A DNA stretch of 64,000 bases, from NCBI GenBank assembly GCA_026023565.1, contig JAPETS010000010.1, forward strand, positions 496,001 to 560,000, read 5' to 3'. The stretch is from Cirrosporium novae-zelandiae. Lineage: Eukaryota. Below, in pieces: positions 37,511 to 50,799 of the stretch. Each line of letters begins with the position of its first letter. Position 1 is the first letter of the stretch. Below the pieces are notes generated by a model. It was not told the origin of the DNA. It searched no databases and saw only the letters and a program-made list of their open reading frames with translations. The position numbers and the translations under genes are program-made.

Positions 37511-38213
37511 GATAAGAACAAGTTGATTGAAAGTTAGAAATAAATAATGGATTTATTTTGAAGGAAGAACCAGAAGTTGTGATGAAATAATTCAAAGCTG
37601 TGGACGGGACTTACTTTCTACATGGCCAACAAGATTGCAGGGTAGCAGCAGCGATGAGGGGCCATGGCCCTCCAAGACTCGTTGAGGTGCCACAACGCGT
37701 CATAGCGAGCCGAACATTAAGCCAAAGGGGCCCTGGGGCCAAACCATCAGCCCAAAATCTCCCTAAACTGCCCCTAAACTGCCCCAAAATCTCCTGGCCA
37801 GGCACCTCTACTGCTCTCTTCCCTTGCCATCACGGTGGCACTACCATTTGGCGGCCTTTGGGTGGTGCTTCCGGGCCACACAGTTACTGTCCGTTTTCAA
37901 GCATAATGCCATACCATACCATGCCATGCCATGTCATGTCACCCATGTCGACCCCCCCCGAGTCCCGACTGCTCATTCGATTATCTACATAGTGCCATAT
38001 CTACATACCATCTAATACTTTGTACTTTAATTCTATTTATTTTCTTCCTTAGATTTTTCCTCCGCCAGTCCTGTTACCTGTAACTAAACATATGTAAAGC
38101 TATTAATTCATATCTCATGTGTCTCATGTATTGGGTACGTCTGGCTATTCAAGACCCTTCATTGCTCATCCCCTTTTCTCAGGCGTAACATACAACTGGG
38201 AAATTGCCTCCAT

Positions 38214-40119
38214 TTAGGTCTTGACATCGGGTTGAGTGCGGCCAATGTACTCTTGCAACTTCAGCAAATCTGTCGCCAGCTTAATGTTGCTCTTCAGATA
38301 ATCTTGGGCATCCATCTTATACGTTGATGAATCACTCTCGTGCTTCTCAATGTACAACCGGATTGTTGCACCGCTGCTTCCTGTTCCTGATAGACGAACA
38401 ACGATTCGGCTGCCATCGTCAAACTTGACATAGATACCCTGGTGAGCGCTGACACTGCCATCCAGATCAGTGTACGAGAAATCATCAGCCTCGAGAACCT
38501 TTCGTCCAGAAACGCTGGATCCAACGAACTCAGACTTCTTGGTGGTAATGAGTTCGGTCATGTGGTCCACAACCTTCTTGGCCCCAGCTGAGTCTACGTT
38601 TTCGTAGTCATAACGGGTGAAGAAGGTTCGTCCATATATCTCCCAAAATTCGTGTTGAATGGAAGCAATGCTGGGGGTCTCATTAGGCTTCTGCTTAGCT
38701 ACACCCGCAATGATGTTAAGCCATGCAGTGACAGCCCATAGCCCATCCTTTTCACGGATGTGGTTGCTACCTGTACCGAAACTTTCTTCACCACAAATCG
38801 ACATCTTGTTGGAGTCGAAAAGGGCGCAGAAGAATTTCCATCCAGTAGGCACCTCATAGCATTGAAGGCCTTGTTTCTTAGCTACTAGGTCGACGGCACC
38901 AGAAGTGGGCATACTTCGAGCAAGACCATAGACACCCTGTTTCTGGAAGTATGGGATAAGCTTAGCGTGGTGGGCAATGATGGCTAAACTATCACCTGGA
39001 GAAACGAAAGCATTTGCTCCATAGATCATGTTTCGGTCGCCATCACCGTCGCTAGCAGCACCAAAATGGATTCCATTTTTGTCAACCGCTTCAACAAGCG
39101 AATGGGCATAGGTAAGGTTAGGATCAGGATGGCCGCCATTGAAATCTGGAGACGGTTCGCAGTTTTGTGTGCTGCTAGCTGGTAGTCCTAGTTCCTTCTG
39201 GAAAATTGCCTTTCCGTATGGTCCAGTGACACCAGAAAGGCCGTCAAACAGGAGCTTGAAGTCTTTGTGGCTGTCGAAGAATGATTTGATGAGAGGGAAG
39301 TCGAAAATATCCTTGAGCATCTCAACATAATCCTTAGTGGAATCAATGATCTCAACTTCTAAAGGACCATATTTTTTGGTGCCAATGGTGGAGATGTCAA
39401 CCTCAGGAATATCCGCAATCTTGTACGAGGTCAGATTCTTGGATACTTCGAAAATTTTGTTGGTGACACTCTCGGGGGCAGGGGCGCCGTTCGCAAGATT
39501 GTATTTAATACCGAAATCGTTCTTTGGCCCTGTTGAATAATTCAGTCAGCATCAAATGACAGTCAGATCAAAAATGCATGTTGAACACACCTCCTGGGTT
39601 GTGACTGGCGGTAAGAAGAATACTATCTGATCGTCAGCTGAAGGAGTCCAATCGACACCAATTGAGATGACTGACCCTCCGGTAGCTTTCATTTTTCTAA
39701 TGACATGACTTGCCGCAGGGGTACTCAGAATTCCATTCTGTCCAAAAACAAGCTTCTTCACTCCGTAGGCAGCTCCAATCTTGCAAATCAATTGCATAAC
39801 CTCGGGGTTCCAGTATCGTCCATCTCCACCGATGACGAGGAAAGCGCCATCAGCACCTTCGGGGATGGAGAGAAGACAGCTAGCAACGAAAGACTCGCTG
39901 TAGTGTGGTCCTTTGAAGACGGTGACTTTCTAGAAATGAAATAATATAATTAAATGGTATTCCTTGATTATCGAAATTGTCTATATCTTACTTTTCGAAG
40001 ACCCGATCTAGAAATATTACTGTCAGCAACAGAGCCCCTCATCCCCCACCTTCAGGAGTAACTTACGTTCCAGGCTTCTGGTCAGTAAAAGGCTTCAACG
40101 ACACTGTTTGTACGCCCAT
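38214..40119 (-). CDS. PGM2: Phosphoglucomutase; 5 exons including 16-nt and 32-nt micro-exons
   Basis: Exons 40119-40067, 40007-39992, 39929-39676, 39622-39591, 39529-38214. Motifs QKPGTSGLRKKV, catalytic TASHNPGG, metal-binding DGDGDR, CGEESFGTG, RLSGTGSSGATIRLY. Confidence 0.95.
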
Positions 40120-40474
40120 TTTGAAGTATTTGTAATTTCTATTTCGAAATTGGTACAATTGAATTGTTGATTGAGGAAAATGGTTAAGATGGGAGAAGAA
40201 ATGTTTTTCAAAAGTTGTCAACTGGGTGTAATTTATGCTGAATGAATGGAGATGAACTATTGAGTACGCTGCCACGGCTGCCCCACTACGCAAAAGAAGG
40301 CTCGGACCCCTCTAGACGAAGCGCCATCATCACTGGCGGAGGATCACCAGCCATCCAAAGTAAGGTAACTACAACTCAAGACTGCCACGTTTAACACGTA
40401 GACTACTTTGTATACTGTTAATGTTGAGACTTGTCTGTGGATTTCAATCGAGACAACAACAAATATCCCTCATC

Positions 40475-41145
40475 TCATACATTTGAAGCGCTTGATGAAT
40501 TCTGCGTGCTTCCATCAAAGAATCCCTTGTAAAACCTAGCCTCCTCGATACTCTCTAGGATATCCTCTCTCGCTGTATGCAAATTCTGCTTCTTCGGCAC
40601 CAATCCCAGCACCGTATCTGGAGCCCATCTCCTCACCGCCTCCTTGAGCGAACTCACATCGAATATCCGATAGTGCAAGTGCTGTAGAACCTTTTCATAT
40701 GGCGTTTTACTCAGGAACGCCTTGTCTGCATGAACACTGTTCCCGGCAAGCAATGCTACTCGTGCTTTAGGAACGTGCTGCTTTACATACTGGAACAAGC
40801 CTTCTGCTGCTTCCTCTGCTGTTGTTTTGGAGGCTATAGTTGCTGCTATCAACCCACTTTGACCATGATGTTGAGTACACCATTCATCCATTTGATCGAG
40901 ACGAGATTTTTCGTGATGAATAATAGCTTCCCAGCCATTTGGCTCTATCACGTTAAGCTGGTAATCTGTAATGAAACAAGCAATGGAGAGAATGGAGTCG
41001 TTCTGGACATCTAGACCCGTCATCTGTAGAGTTTCTATTAGACCCTTTCTAACAAAAATTGTATAGGGAATGCTAGATAAGAGAGGGTGCTAAGTACCTC
41101 ACAGTCTACCCAGACCAATGGATATGTAGATCTTAATGTAGCCAT
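40475..41145 (-). CDS. REX2: Oligoribonuclease Rex2/Orn (DEDDh exonuclease); 2 exons
   Basis: Exons 41145-41098 and 41023-40475. Motifs PLVWVDCEMTGLD, MDEWCTQHHGQSGL, LAGNSVHADK, HYRIFDVSSLKE, HTAREDILESIEE. Confidence 0.92.
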
Positions 41146-41423
41146 TGAGGGAAAAGTGCGCGAAATGCCGATACGAATTGTGTGGATTATCAGATTAATT
41201 CTAGAAATACGAGAGTTGAATTGCCAATTAGCCTCTTCTGATTCGTGCTCCGTGGCTCTATGAAGTGTATCAAGTCTATTTCCACACCAAATATTCTCTG
41301 GCCTCCTTACACGAGACTTGAGCTTCCAACAGGCCACCGCAAGTTCCGAGGGCCAGAATCGTCGATGCGAGAACCTTCTGAATACTGAATAGCTTGAAGA
41401 ATTAAAACCACATGAATTGAACT

Positions 41424-43078
41424 ATGTCTCCTCGGTTTTTGGTTATCGGAGCTGGTTCTAGAGGCAATGCTTATGCCCGCGCTGTCACACAGTCTACCAA
41501 CGGTATCATTGGCGGGGTAGCTGAGCCCGTCAAGTTCAAGAGGGACGATCTGGGTCGCCAGTATATTTGGGGAGAAGACGGACCTACCGAAGGACAGGCA
41601 TTTAATGGATGGCAGGAATTTCTAGATTGGGAGAAGAATCGCAGGAAGAATGCTACAAGTGATAACAGTGTTCCCGACGGCTTTGATGGTATCTTTGTTT
41701 GTACTCAAGATGAGAGTCATATGGAGGTTATTTTGGCTCTGGCACTTCTGAACATTCATATCATGGCAGAGAAACCTTTAGCGACGAATCTACAGGATTG
41801 TCTGAGTATTTACAAGGCCCTTTTGCCCACAGGACTACACTCGGCTCCAAAAATTATCTTTGCCATCGGTCATGTCCTCCGATACAGTCCTCATAACATG
41901 CTATTGAGAAAATTGCTGGTCGAGGATGAGGTTATTGGAGATATTCTCTCAATTGAGCATACAGAACCCGTGGGATGGTGGCATTTTAGCCATTCATATG
42001 TTAGGTAAGAGTATGGCCTATTAGCTGAGACCGAATTGTACTAAACGGACCGCGAAGAGGCAATTGGCGCAAAGAATCTCATGCAGCGCCCTCCTTGCTA
42101 ACCAAGTCCTGTCACGATATTGACTTCTTGCTCTGGCTCCTTTGTTCCCCACCACCATCAGACCCGTACAGGAAGCCTCACTTACCCATCGATGTTTCAT
42201 CGACCGGTTCTTTGAAATACTTCCGACGGTCGAGAAAACCTGCCTTGGCTGGAAACGTAACTAATTGCCTTTCATGTCCGGTGGAGAGAGATTGTATGTA
42301 CAGTGCGAAGAAAATATACGATGAACGGCACCTTGTAAAGGGCAATACTGATTGGCCTGTCAACATTGTGGATCCAGAAATCGAGGATATTGCGACTACC
42401 TCTGGCAAGAGCATGGCTAAATCAAGATTACATGAACGACTCGCGGAAGACTATGATACTAGAACTCCAACCAAAGTGGTTGAAAAGCGTCCCTGGTTTG
42501 GTAGGTGCGTGTATGAATGTGATAATGATGTTTGCGATGACCAAGTTGTCACTATTTCATGGGAAGATGATCCGATTATCCGGAATGGAAGTGAAGTTGT
42601 CTCACAGTATTCACAGTTAGCAGGAAGAAGCGCAAAGACAGCCGCGTTCCATATGATTGCACAGACAGAAAAACAGTGTGAACGACGAGGGCGAGTATAT
42701 GGAACAAAGGGAGAGATAGAATATGATAGCAACACAATCCGAGTATATGACTTTGCCAGCGACTCTGCTCGGATTTTCCACCCCCCTCAGCCTGGTGGTG
42801 GGCATGGTGGAGGTGACGATGGCTTAGCCTCTCAATACGTGAAGGCTGTCGACGCGGTCAAGAACCACAATATGAAGGTCCAAAACGCGCAGATCGAGCA
42901 TGTAAGGTGCACACTCGAGGAGGTTATCCGTAGTCATGCTATGGTTTTTGCAGCAGAAGATGCTCGAAGGAGCCGAACAATCGTCGACTGGCCAAGCTGG
43001 TGGAAATCTCATGTTGAGGACCGACTTGCGAGTAAGGATGATGGCAACAAAACTGTGCTCGAACAATCATTTCTTTGA
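41424..43078 (+). CDS. Gfo/Idh/MocA family NAD(P)-dependent oxidoreductase (StrI-like); 2 exons
   Basis: Rossmann IGAGSRG, EKPLA, GHVLRYSP, HSYVRGNWR across intron 42005-42057, LLTKSCHDID, GRCVYECDNDVCD, GGHGGGD. Confidence 0.9.
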
Positions 43079-44528
43079 TAAGAACTCGTGTCTCATCTAT
43101 CATGCAGTATGGAATAATACCCAGTTCAAACCTTTTAATTCATAATTACTACTTTCTAGATTTGAAATAGATCGACATCATTGTGGTAGCTCTGCATTAA
43201 GAGGAGTTCTGATCAGCCACATTTCACAGTAGACAAGGAAGCGGTCGCCAGTAAGGTCATCTTCTGGTCATACAGAAGAAGCAACTAGACACGGAATCTG
43301 AGTCTCCGGTTGGAGTCGCGTCGGGATGGATAGCTTGATGGGCGAAAGGATTGGAGAAGATGGAGCGTAGTCTCGTGAGACGGTGTATCTGCACCTGCAC
43401 CTGTACGTATGACTCAGAGCGATGAAGATCAAGAAATTAAGTATTCTGAAACAAATGTTTAAATCCAATGAATGGGCTTGGATGGGATATGAATTGGGTA
43501 TGACTCTTCAGTGTTAGTATTGTTTACACGAACGTTACGCGAGAGTTCGGATAATTCAAGGTAGGGCTAAAGTAGAGCAGAGCTAAAAGATAAACTGACC
43601 AATTATGGGATAGGTCAACCGGGAATTAACTTAAGCGCCCTCTCCCCCCTCAACTTCAGCGTGGCTACTTGCATTTTGGTACCAGCTGTACTATCAATAT
43701 CACAGCTTCACCTACTGAGCGCCATTTGAAACTGTCGCCCATTGTAGCCCAATATTTACCTACCTATTTACCTCCCAAATTTCCAAATATGGCTCAGCGC
43801 CTACCAAAGCAAGCCAGTGTGACCATGTTACGATATTTTACTCCCCATGATACTACCGCCATAATCCAAAATACTTGAGGCTGGTGATGGTCTTGGTGGC
43901 GCCGTCCTACCTCGCTATACGCCGTATTCCCTAACAATTTGTAAAGGACCTTGAGGGTGTTTACGGATCTTCAAGGTCCATTTTTAACGAAGAGTCATAA
44001 TTTTAGCCTCATCCTCCCACATACGAACATGATATATTCATTTAACGCGCGACTTTCATGGTAGAGTTCCACCCCGGGTTTCCACCATGTTTAGGCCTAA
44101 GGTCGCCAACTGTTGTTTCCCTTCAATATACATGTCCTGGGTTCCTCGGGCGCGTTTCAGATTTTAGATACTCTGGTAGACTGTTCATCGTTCATCTTTC
44201 TGGGGAAAGCTTGCTAAGATGCTGCGGATCTCTACTGCACCCTCTGTGCAGCATAAATATGGGATCCGTCTCCCATGATGCGCTCTTATTGCTCTCCATT
44301 GTTTTTGCGTTCATGAATACTTCCTCTATCTCAAGCACTTTGTTTATCTGACGAATCTCATTTGTCTTTCCTACCCTGTCAATATAGACCTCTATTACGG
44401 ACGAAGGAGCTGGTCTCCCTGAGTGTTTCTCGACAGCTCATCGCCATAATCCCCCCTTCGTATGTTAGGCTATCTAATAATCATATTCCCGAAAGTGGCT
44501 TACCATGTCTGCAATATAGTTAGCTCTA

Positions 44529-46265
44529 ATGTCAACCCTTCCATCTTACTTCTATCAACCAGCCACTCCTCCTTCTGAGCCTGCAGAGCAGCTTGAAGGA
44601 AGTGCGCAAAGCCAAAACTCATTCTCCTCCTTCTCTTATCGCTCTCTTAGTACGTCGCCTGCCGACTCTATCAATACTCGGCTGAGTTCTCCCGCGAGGT
44701 CGCCGGCGCGCTCACAAGGACCTCTGCTATTACCAAAAATTAGGTCCCAAGACCAGTCACTTCTCCCAGGATCAGCAGGAGGCCCACGGCGTCACCGAAA
44801 AGCTCTATCAACAGCCAGTAATCCTCCAGGCTATTCCCCATATCCACCCCGCACTCCATACCAAATTGCGCAACGATGCGCAACAGAACCTCTAGAGTGT
44901 GTATCTTTGCTTTCACCTGCTTTTACATCGGCAACACCTGCTTCACGACCTCATTCAGGACTTAATTCACCAATCAGTCTTACTTCTTCACATTCACGTA
45001 ACTCTTCAAGTAGTTCTGCACAATCGCATTCGCATTCGCGTTCAACCTCGGCTGGTTCTAGTATTAATGATTACATCCTTCGAAAATTTGCTTATCCAAC
45101 ATATCGTCAAGCGCCAACCTATAATGCACCTGGTCAGAACCAATCCAGCCCCAATTACTCGAGCAACTTCTCTGGAGCCTTAAACATTGGATCGGTGCCC
45201 ATTCGGACACTGGCCCAACCACTAGCTCACACCCTAAATCTTCCCTCTGAGCTTCGCTACTCCCCTTTGGAGGAAGTGTCGGATGCTTCCACTACAACGT
45301 TAATGGCGTACCTGACTTCACCAACCCAGCCACTCCATCTCGTTCCCCGAGCTTCAGTCCCAAACCCCAAATCCTTCAGCACATGGTGGGATATCCGTAA
45401 CCTCGTCCCCTGGGATGATTTCAATCTTTCCGCGATTTACAATATTCCAGATCTTATTAAGATCTTAAATTTCCCGATTAGAGACATCGCTACACCAGCT
45501 GTCACGATACCTTCGTCGCGTCTCCAGCCTATATCTGAGGATGCGCTCACAACTCTGTGTCGGGATATCTATGGCACAAGAGTCAACGCGGCGTTGAAAA
45601 TAACACAGGGAGAGAATCATCATTTGAAAATGCATATCGGTACCATGGCTAATGACGGCCCTCAATTTCTAGCGACTTATACTCACGACATTGAGAAAAC
45701 GATGTCTGGACTTGCGCGGGGTCATGTGGTAGGTCTCGTAAAGAGCTTCGATCAGTGGAACACCGGAATGCGCCACGAAGATGGCATCAATCAAGTGAAA
45801 TACTTGTCAGGTTTATCACAGCTCCACAGTTGCATGCGTGAACATAGCTGTCGATATGGATTCATTTTAACGGAAATTGAGTTGATATGTGTGAGGGCGG
45901 GCACAGAAGAGGTCCCTTACTTCGGTTACCTCGAAATCTCGGCCCCAATCTCTAATTCTACCCATTCTGGATCCTCCTCACCAGATCCCTTTTCCGACGT
46001 AACCATCCCATCTCTGACGACCACGCTTGCCTTATGGTACCTTCTCACCCTCGCAAAAGATGTGCCTTTGCCAGGTCAAAAGTCCTGGCGCCTGGATGTT
46101 GGCAGCGCAGGCACCATGACGCGGCAACGGGTGCTCGGAGAAAAAGATGCTTGGATTGGAGAACCGAAGGAGTTTGAGAGACGGAGGGCGAGAAGGGAGA
46201 GGGGGTGGGTTTGGCCGGGAGACCCATGGAACAAGAAGGAGGGAAGGAGGAGGTGGAGGAGGTAG
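44529..46265 (+). CDS. Conserved fungal hypothetical protein (disordered S/P-rich N-half, globular C-half)
   Basis: 578-aa single ORF with blocks GPLLLPKIRSQDQ, WWDIRNLVPWDDF, VGLVKSFDQWNTGMR, HSCRYGFILTEIELICVRAG, LALWYL, RGWVWP. Probable upstream intron 44460-44519. Confidence 0.8.
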   Translation: MSTLPSYFYQPATPPSEPAEQLEGSAQSQNSFSSFSYRSLSTSPADSINTRLSSPARSPARSQGPLLLPKIRSQDQSLLPGSAGGPRRHRKALSTASNPPGYSPYPPRTPYQIAQRCATEPLECVSLLSPAFTSATPASRPHSGLNSPISLTSSHSRNSSSSSAQSHSHSRSTSAGSSINDYILRKFAYPTYRQAPTYNAPGQNQSSPNYSSNFSGALNIGSVPIRTLAQPLAHTLNLPSELRYSPLEEVSDASTTTLMAYLTSPTQPLHLVPRASVPNPKSFSTWWDIRNLVPWDDFNLSAIYNIPDLIKILNFPIRDIATPAVTIPSSRLQPISEDALTTLCRDIYGTRVNAALKITQGENHHLKMHIGTMANDGPQFLATYTHDIEKTMSGLARGHVVGLVKSFDQWNTGMRHEDGINQVKYLSGLSQLHSCMREHSCRYGFILTEIELICVRAGTEEVPYFGYLEISAPISNSTHSGSSSPDPFSDVTIPSLTTTLALWYLLTLAKDVPLPGQKSWRLDVGSAGTMTRQRVLGEKDAWIGEPKEFERRRARRERGWVWPGDPWNKKEGRRRWRR

Positions 46266-46630
46266 TTATAGCTAGATCAAGATGTTAATTACATAGTAAT
46301 ATCAAGTATATCTAGCTCAGGCTTACTCTCAAGTATAATTATTAACATTCTGTGTAACAGCATAATTAATGTGGTCCGTGCGAGGACCCTGGATGGGAAT
46401 TAGCTGGCACGTGGCTGGGCTCGAAAACAAGAAAGCTGGGACTGGCTAGCTACCTCACATTGATTCTCAACTACTAATTAGACAAGGCCATAGCTTATAA
46501 TGCATAAGATACCACCTTTATTATATATTCAATTGAGAAATAAAACCTTCAACCATTCCAATTTTCCATTGTCTTGCCAGCTTCTCCACTGTACTTATCC
46601 CACAGACGCAGACTTGGGTGTGAGTAAAAC

Positions 46631-47587
46631 ATGGCTGACCCTGAGGTTCGCATTGAGACCCAGGAACATCAAAGTGAAGTCCTTGATGTAACTATGGGCG
46701 GCGCTGGGATAGAGACGCCTGCAGAAGACATCGGAGATGTTGAAGTTGCAGATGTACACGAAAATGGCGAAAATAGTCTTGTGAAAGAAGGTGCATCCGA
46801 GGAGCCTCTACCTAAACTAACTTTTATTGAGTACGCGCCATCAAATATACCCAATATATATAGTATGTAGTAAAATCCAGCTAACTGAAATCTATTTTCC
46901 CTACACAGCTACCTTAGATCCCCCATTGTTGAACTCGAAATCGGTACCGGCGATGACACCACTCTCTTGACTGCACACGAAGCTCTTCTTACTCAAAGCC
47001 CCTACTTCGCTGAACAAATTGCCCAATTTTCTGGGGATGAGGCACCTCGCCGCCTTATCCTCCCAGACGAGGACCTGGATGCGATTGGTTGCTTTCTCCA
47101 GTACCAATACACCGGCGAATACTTCCCTAAACGCTTAGAAGACAGTAAAGATATAGGCCAGCTAGAACTGGACCCATCAATTCCTGCAGTTGATGATACA
47201 GGAGCGCAATTGCTAAAACACGCGCGCATTTATACGCTTGCTACGAAACTAGAAATTCCGGCACTTAAAGCACTCGCGCATAGTAAGATTCATCGTGTCA
47301 ATTCGACTGCAAAAGGCGAGATCGAATACGCTAGATACGTCTATGGACATATTCCCAAGGATGACACCACGATCCGGAAACCAGTGGCCATGTTCTGGGC
47401 TACGCGCAGTCATGTATTACGACATGAAGCTGAAGAAGAGTTCCGAAGTATGTGCTTGGAGTATCCAGAGTTTGGGTTTGACGTATTGAGTTTGGTGCTC
47501 GACCATAAAGAGAAGCGAAGCGAGCATAAGAGGGAAGAAGAGACAACAAGAAGTAGTAGGAAGAGGGCTAGGTTGAGCGAACGATGA
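46631..47587 (+). CDS. BTB/POZ-fold protein (fungal); 2 exons
   Basis: Exons 46631-46830 and 46909-47587. Motifs FIDYLRSPIVELEIG, LTAHEALLTQSPYF, LPDEDLDAIGCFLQYQYTGEY, HARIYTLA..L; basic C-terminal NLS-like SRKRAR. Confidence 0.85.
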
Positions 47588-47994
47588 CCAAGGGCATTTG
47601 AAATCTAGGTCATGGTATATTCATTAATGTAGGCATGGCGTTGCAGGTGCTGAAGGAAATGCTCCTCGCTTTTCAGGTCTTCTATCATATTTTGTGTGCG
47701 ATATCCCTGTATAGTCAGTCTATCTATGGTGAACAAGGAAAGGAAGAAAAGAAAGTAAAAAGTATTGTTTATTACTTGAATTCTGTGAGCTACTATCCAT
47801 GAAGGATAAGCACCACTGTATTGAGATGTTAGGAAGAAAAAGTCGATTGGCTTAGCAGCTCATATATTAAATTCGATTATTTAGCCCCCGTTGATATAAT
47901 TCCAAGTAAACTGGTTATCCTGCGTTCGAATGTCGAACAAAATTAAAAAGTATACAAGAGACCATCTTAGTTAAACAATGGCCAAAAAGACAAA

Positions 47995-48096
47995 TGGACG
48001 AGAAGGGAATCGAACCCTTGACCTCTCGCAAGCGAATTTAGACTTTAACAGATCCGAAAATGCAAAGCGAGCGCTCTACCCCTGAGCTACACGCCC
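47995..48096 (-). tRNA. tRNA-Ala(UGC) with 30-nt intron (48031-48060)
   Basis: Minus strand reads GGGCGTG-TAGCTCAGGGGTAGAGC-G-CTCGC-TT-TGC-A-[intron]-T-GCGAG-AGGTC-AAGGG-TTCGATT-CCCTT-CTCGTCC-A. Has the G3:U70 alanine identity pair, a 72-nt mature length, and a T5 Pol III terminator just downstream. Confidence 0.95.
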
Positions 48097-48610
48097 AGCC
48101 AATCATTAGAAAACGGAGAAGGAAAATAAATTATAATGACAATGATTAGAGGACATTCGAGCCTTTCTTCGATAGTGGGGTAACTTGGGCTCTTACGCTA
48201 CTGTATCTATCTTGGTTTCCTCAGGCATTTCAGTGGGTTCAGCGATCAAGAAAACATTGAGAGTTCTGCAACCGAATACTCTGTAGCGATGATGCAATTA
48301 ACCGGGACATCAAGTAAGAACGGTCGCATAATTTTGATGCCGGGGAAATCTAGTCGCCTGGCTGTTCCCTACCTCCTCTAGGGTTGGGTTGGGATCGTTG
48401 GGTTTCGGTCTAGCGCGCTCTTTGATGTTTTGTCGAGAGTTTACTTCACTTCCAAAAAAATTTCTTGTCTCTGCAGCCTTCGTCTCGACAACAAAATAGT
48501 ATTCTAAAACTTTTCTGTAGGTCCGCTAAGGTTTTTCTCGGGTAAAAGACACTGTGAACTGTTTTCACATTACTCGAATCACCTTTCACCTCGACACTTG
48601 AGATATCAAG

Positions 48611-50016
<1,406 letters not shown>

Positions 50017-50799
50017 AGCATATTCTAGGATTCAGGCCTTATCTCTTTGTAATTTCGGTGATACCCGTGTATCATGATGCGCTCTTGAGATCACAGGATG
50101 ATGGGATGGAAATGGCAAGGCGCCTTAGGTGGCGTTATGGCATATAATACACGATGGCCGTCAAGGTCAATGTATTTAGTATGGATACATGGAAACTCGG
50201 GTCCAAAAGTTAATTATGACTGACGGAATCTTATGTTGGTATGGTCTAAATTAGTTAGAGCTTTTACTTTAGATGGGATCCCAAAAATGGAAATGCCTGC
50301 CTGTGGAAAGCATGTTTTGTTGGAAACCGCCAACGCACAGAACCTCAAAAGGGTATTAGATCCAATAAATTATGTTCTCGTAGTAGTCAACCGCTAGACC
50401 ACTCTAAGGAAAAATACTTGTCTCATATGTAATCACCATAATCCTTCCAAGGAGAAGCTTGCTGTCATATATATTTTAGTTTGCAGACACACTTAGTTAG
50501 CTACTACCTAAGTACCTCCCTTCATTAGATAAGTTTTATTTTAGTTCTTTAAAAAAGAGATTCGGTATGTATGTATCACGTGAATGGATAAGAGAGCCTA
50601 GTCCTTCTGGCTGTTCATTTTTAGGAATTACCAATGGACAGTGGATGATAAGTATTTGGTTTTGAATTTATTGATGGATAAAGCCCGCGTTAGTACAGTA
50701 TTTGACATCTCATGTTGGGGCTAAAAAAGCAATGTGATAAGACATGATCATGAAAGTCATAAGTATCTATTTACAAATACAAACATCCTATCACCCAAC

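Noticed and set aside
43060..43081. C-terminal SFL as a PTS1, and stop-codon readthrough to cryptic PTS1 in the enzymes here
   Set aside because: SFL is a weak variant without basic upstream context; none of the stops I checked has the TGA-CTA readthrough context.
47995..48096. U6:U67 mismatch in the tRNA-Ala acceptor stem
   Set aside because: The same GGGCGUG/CUCGUCC stem occurs in yeast tRNA-Ala, so it is not a sign of a pseudogene.
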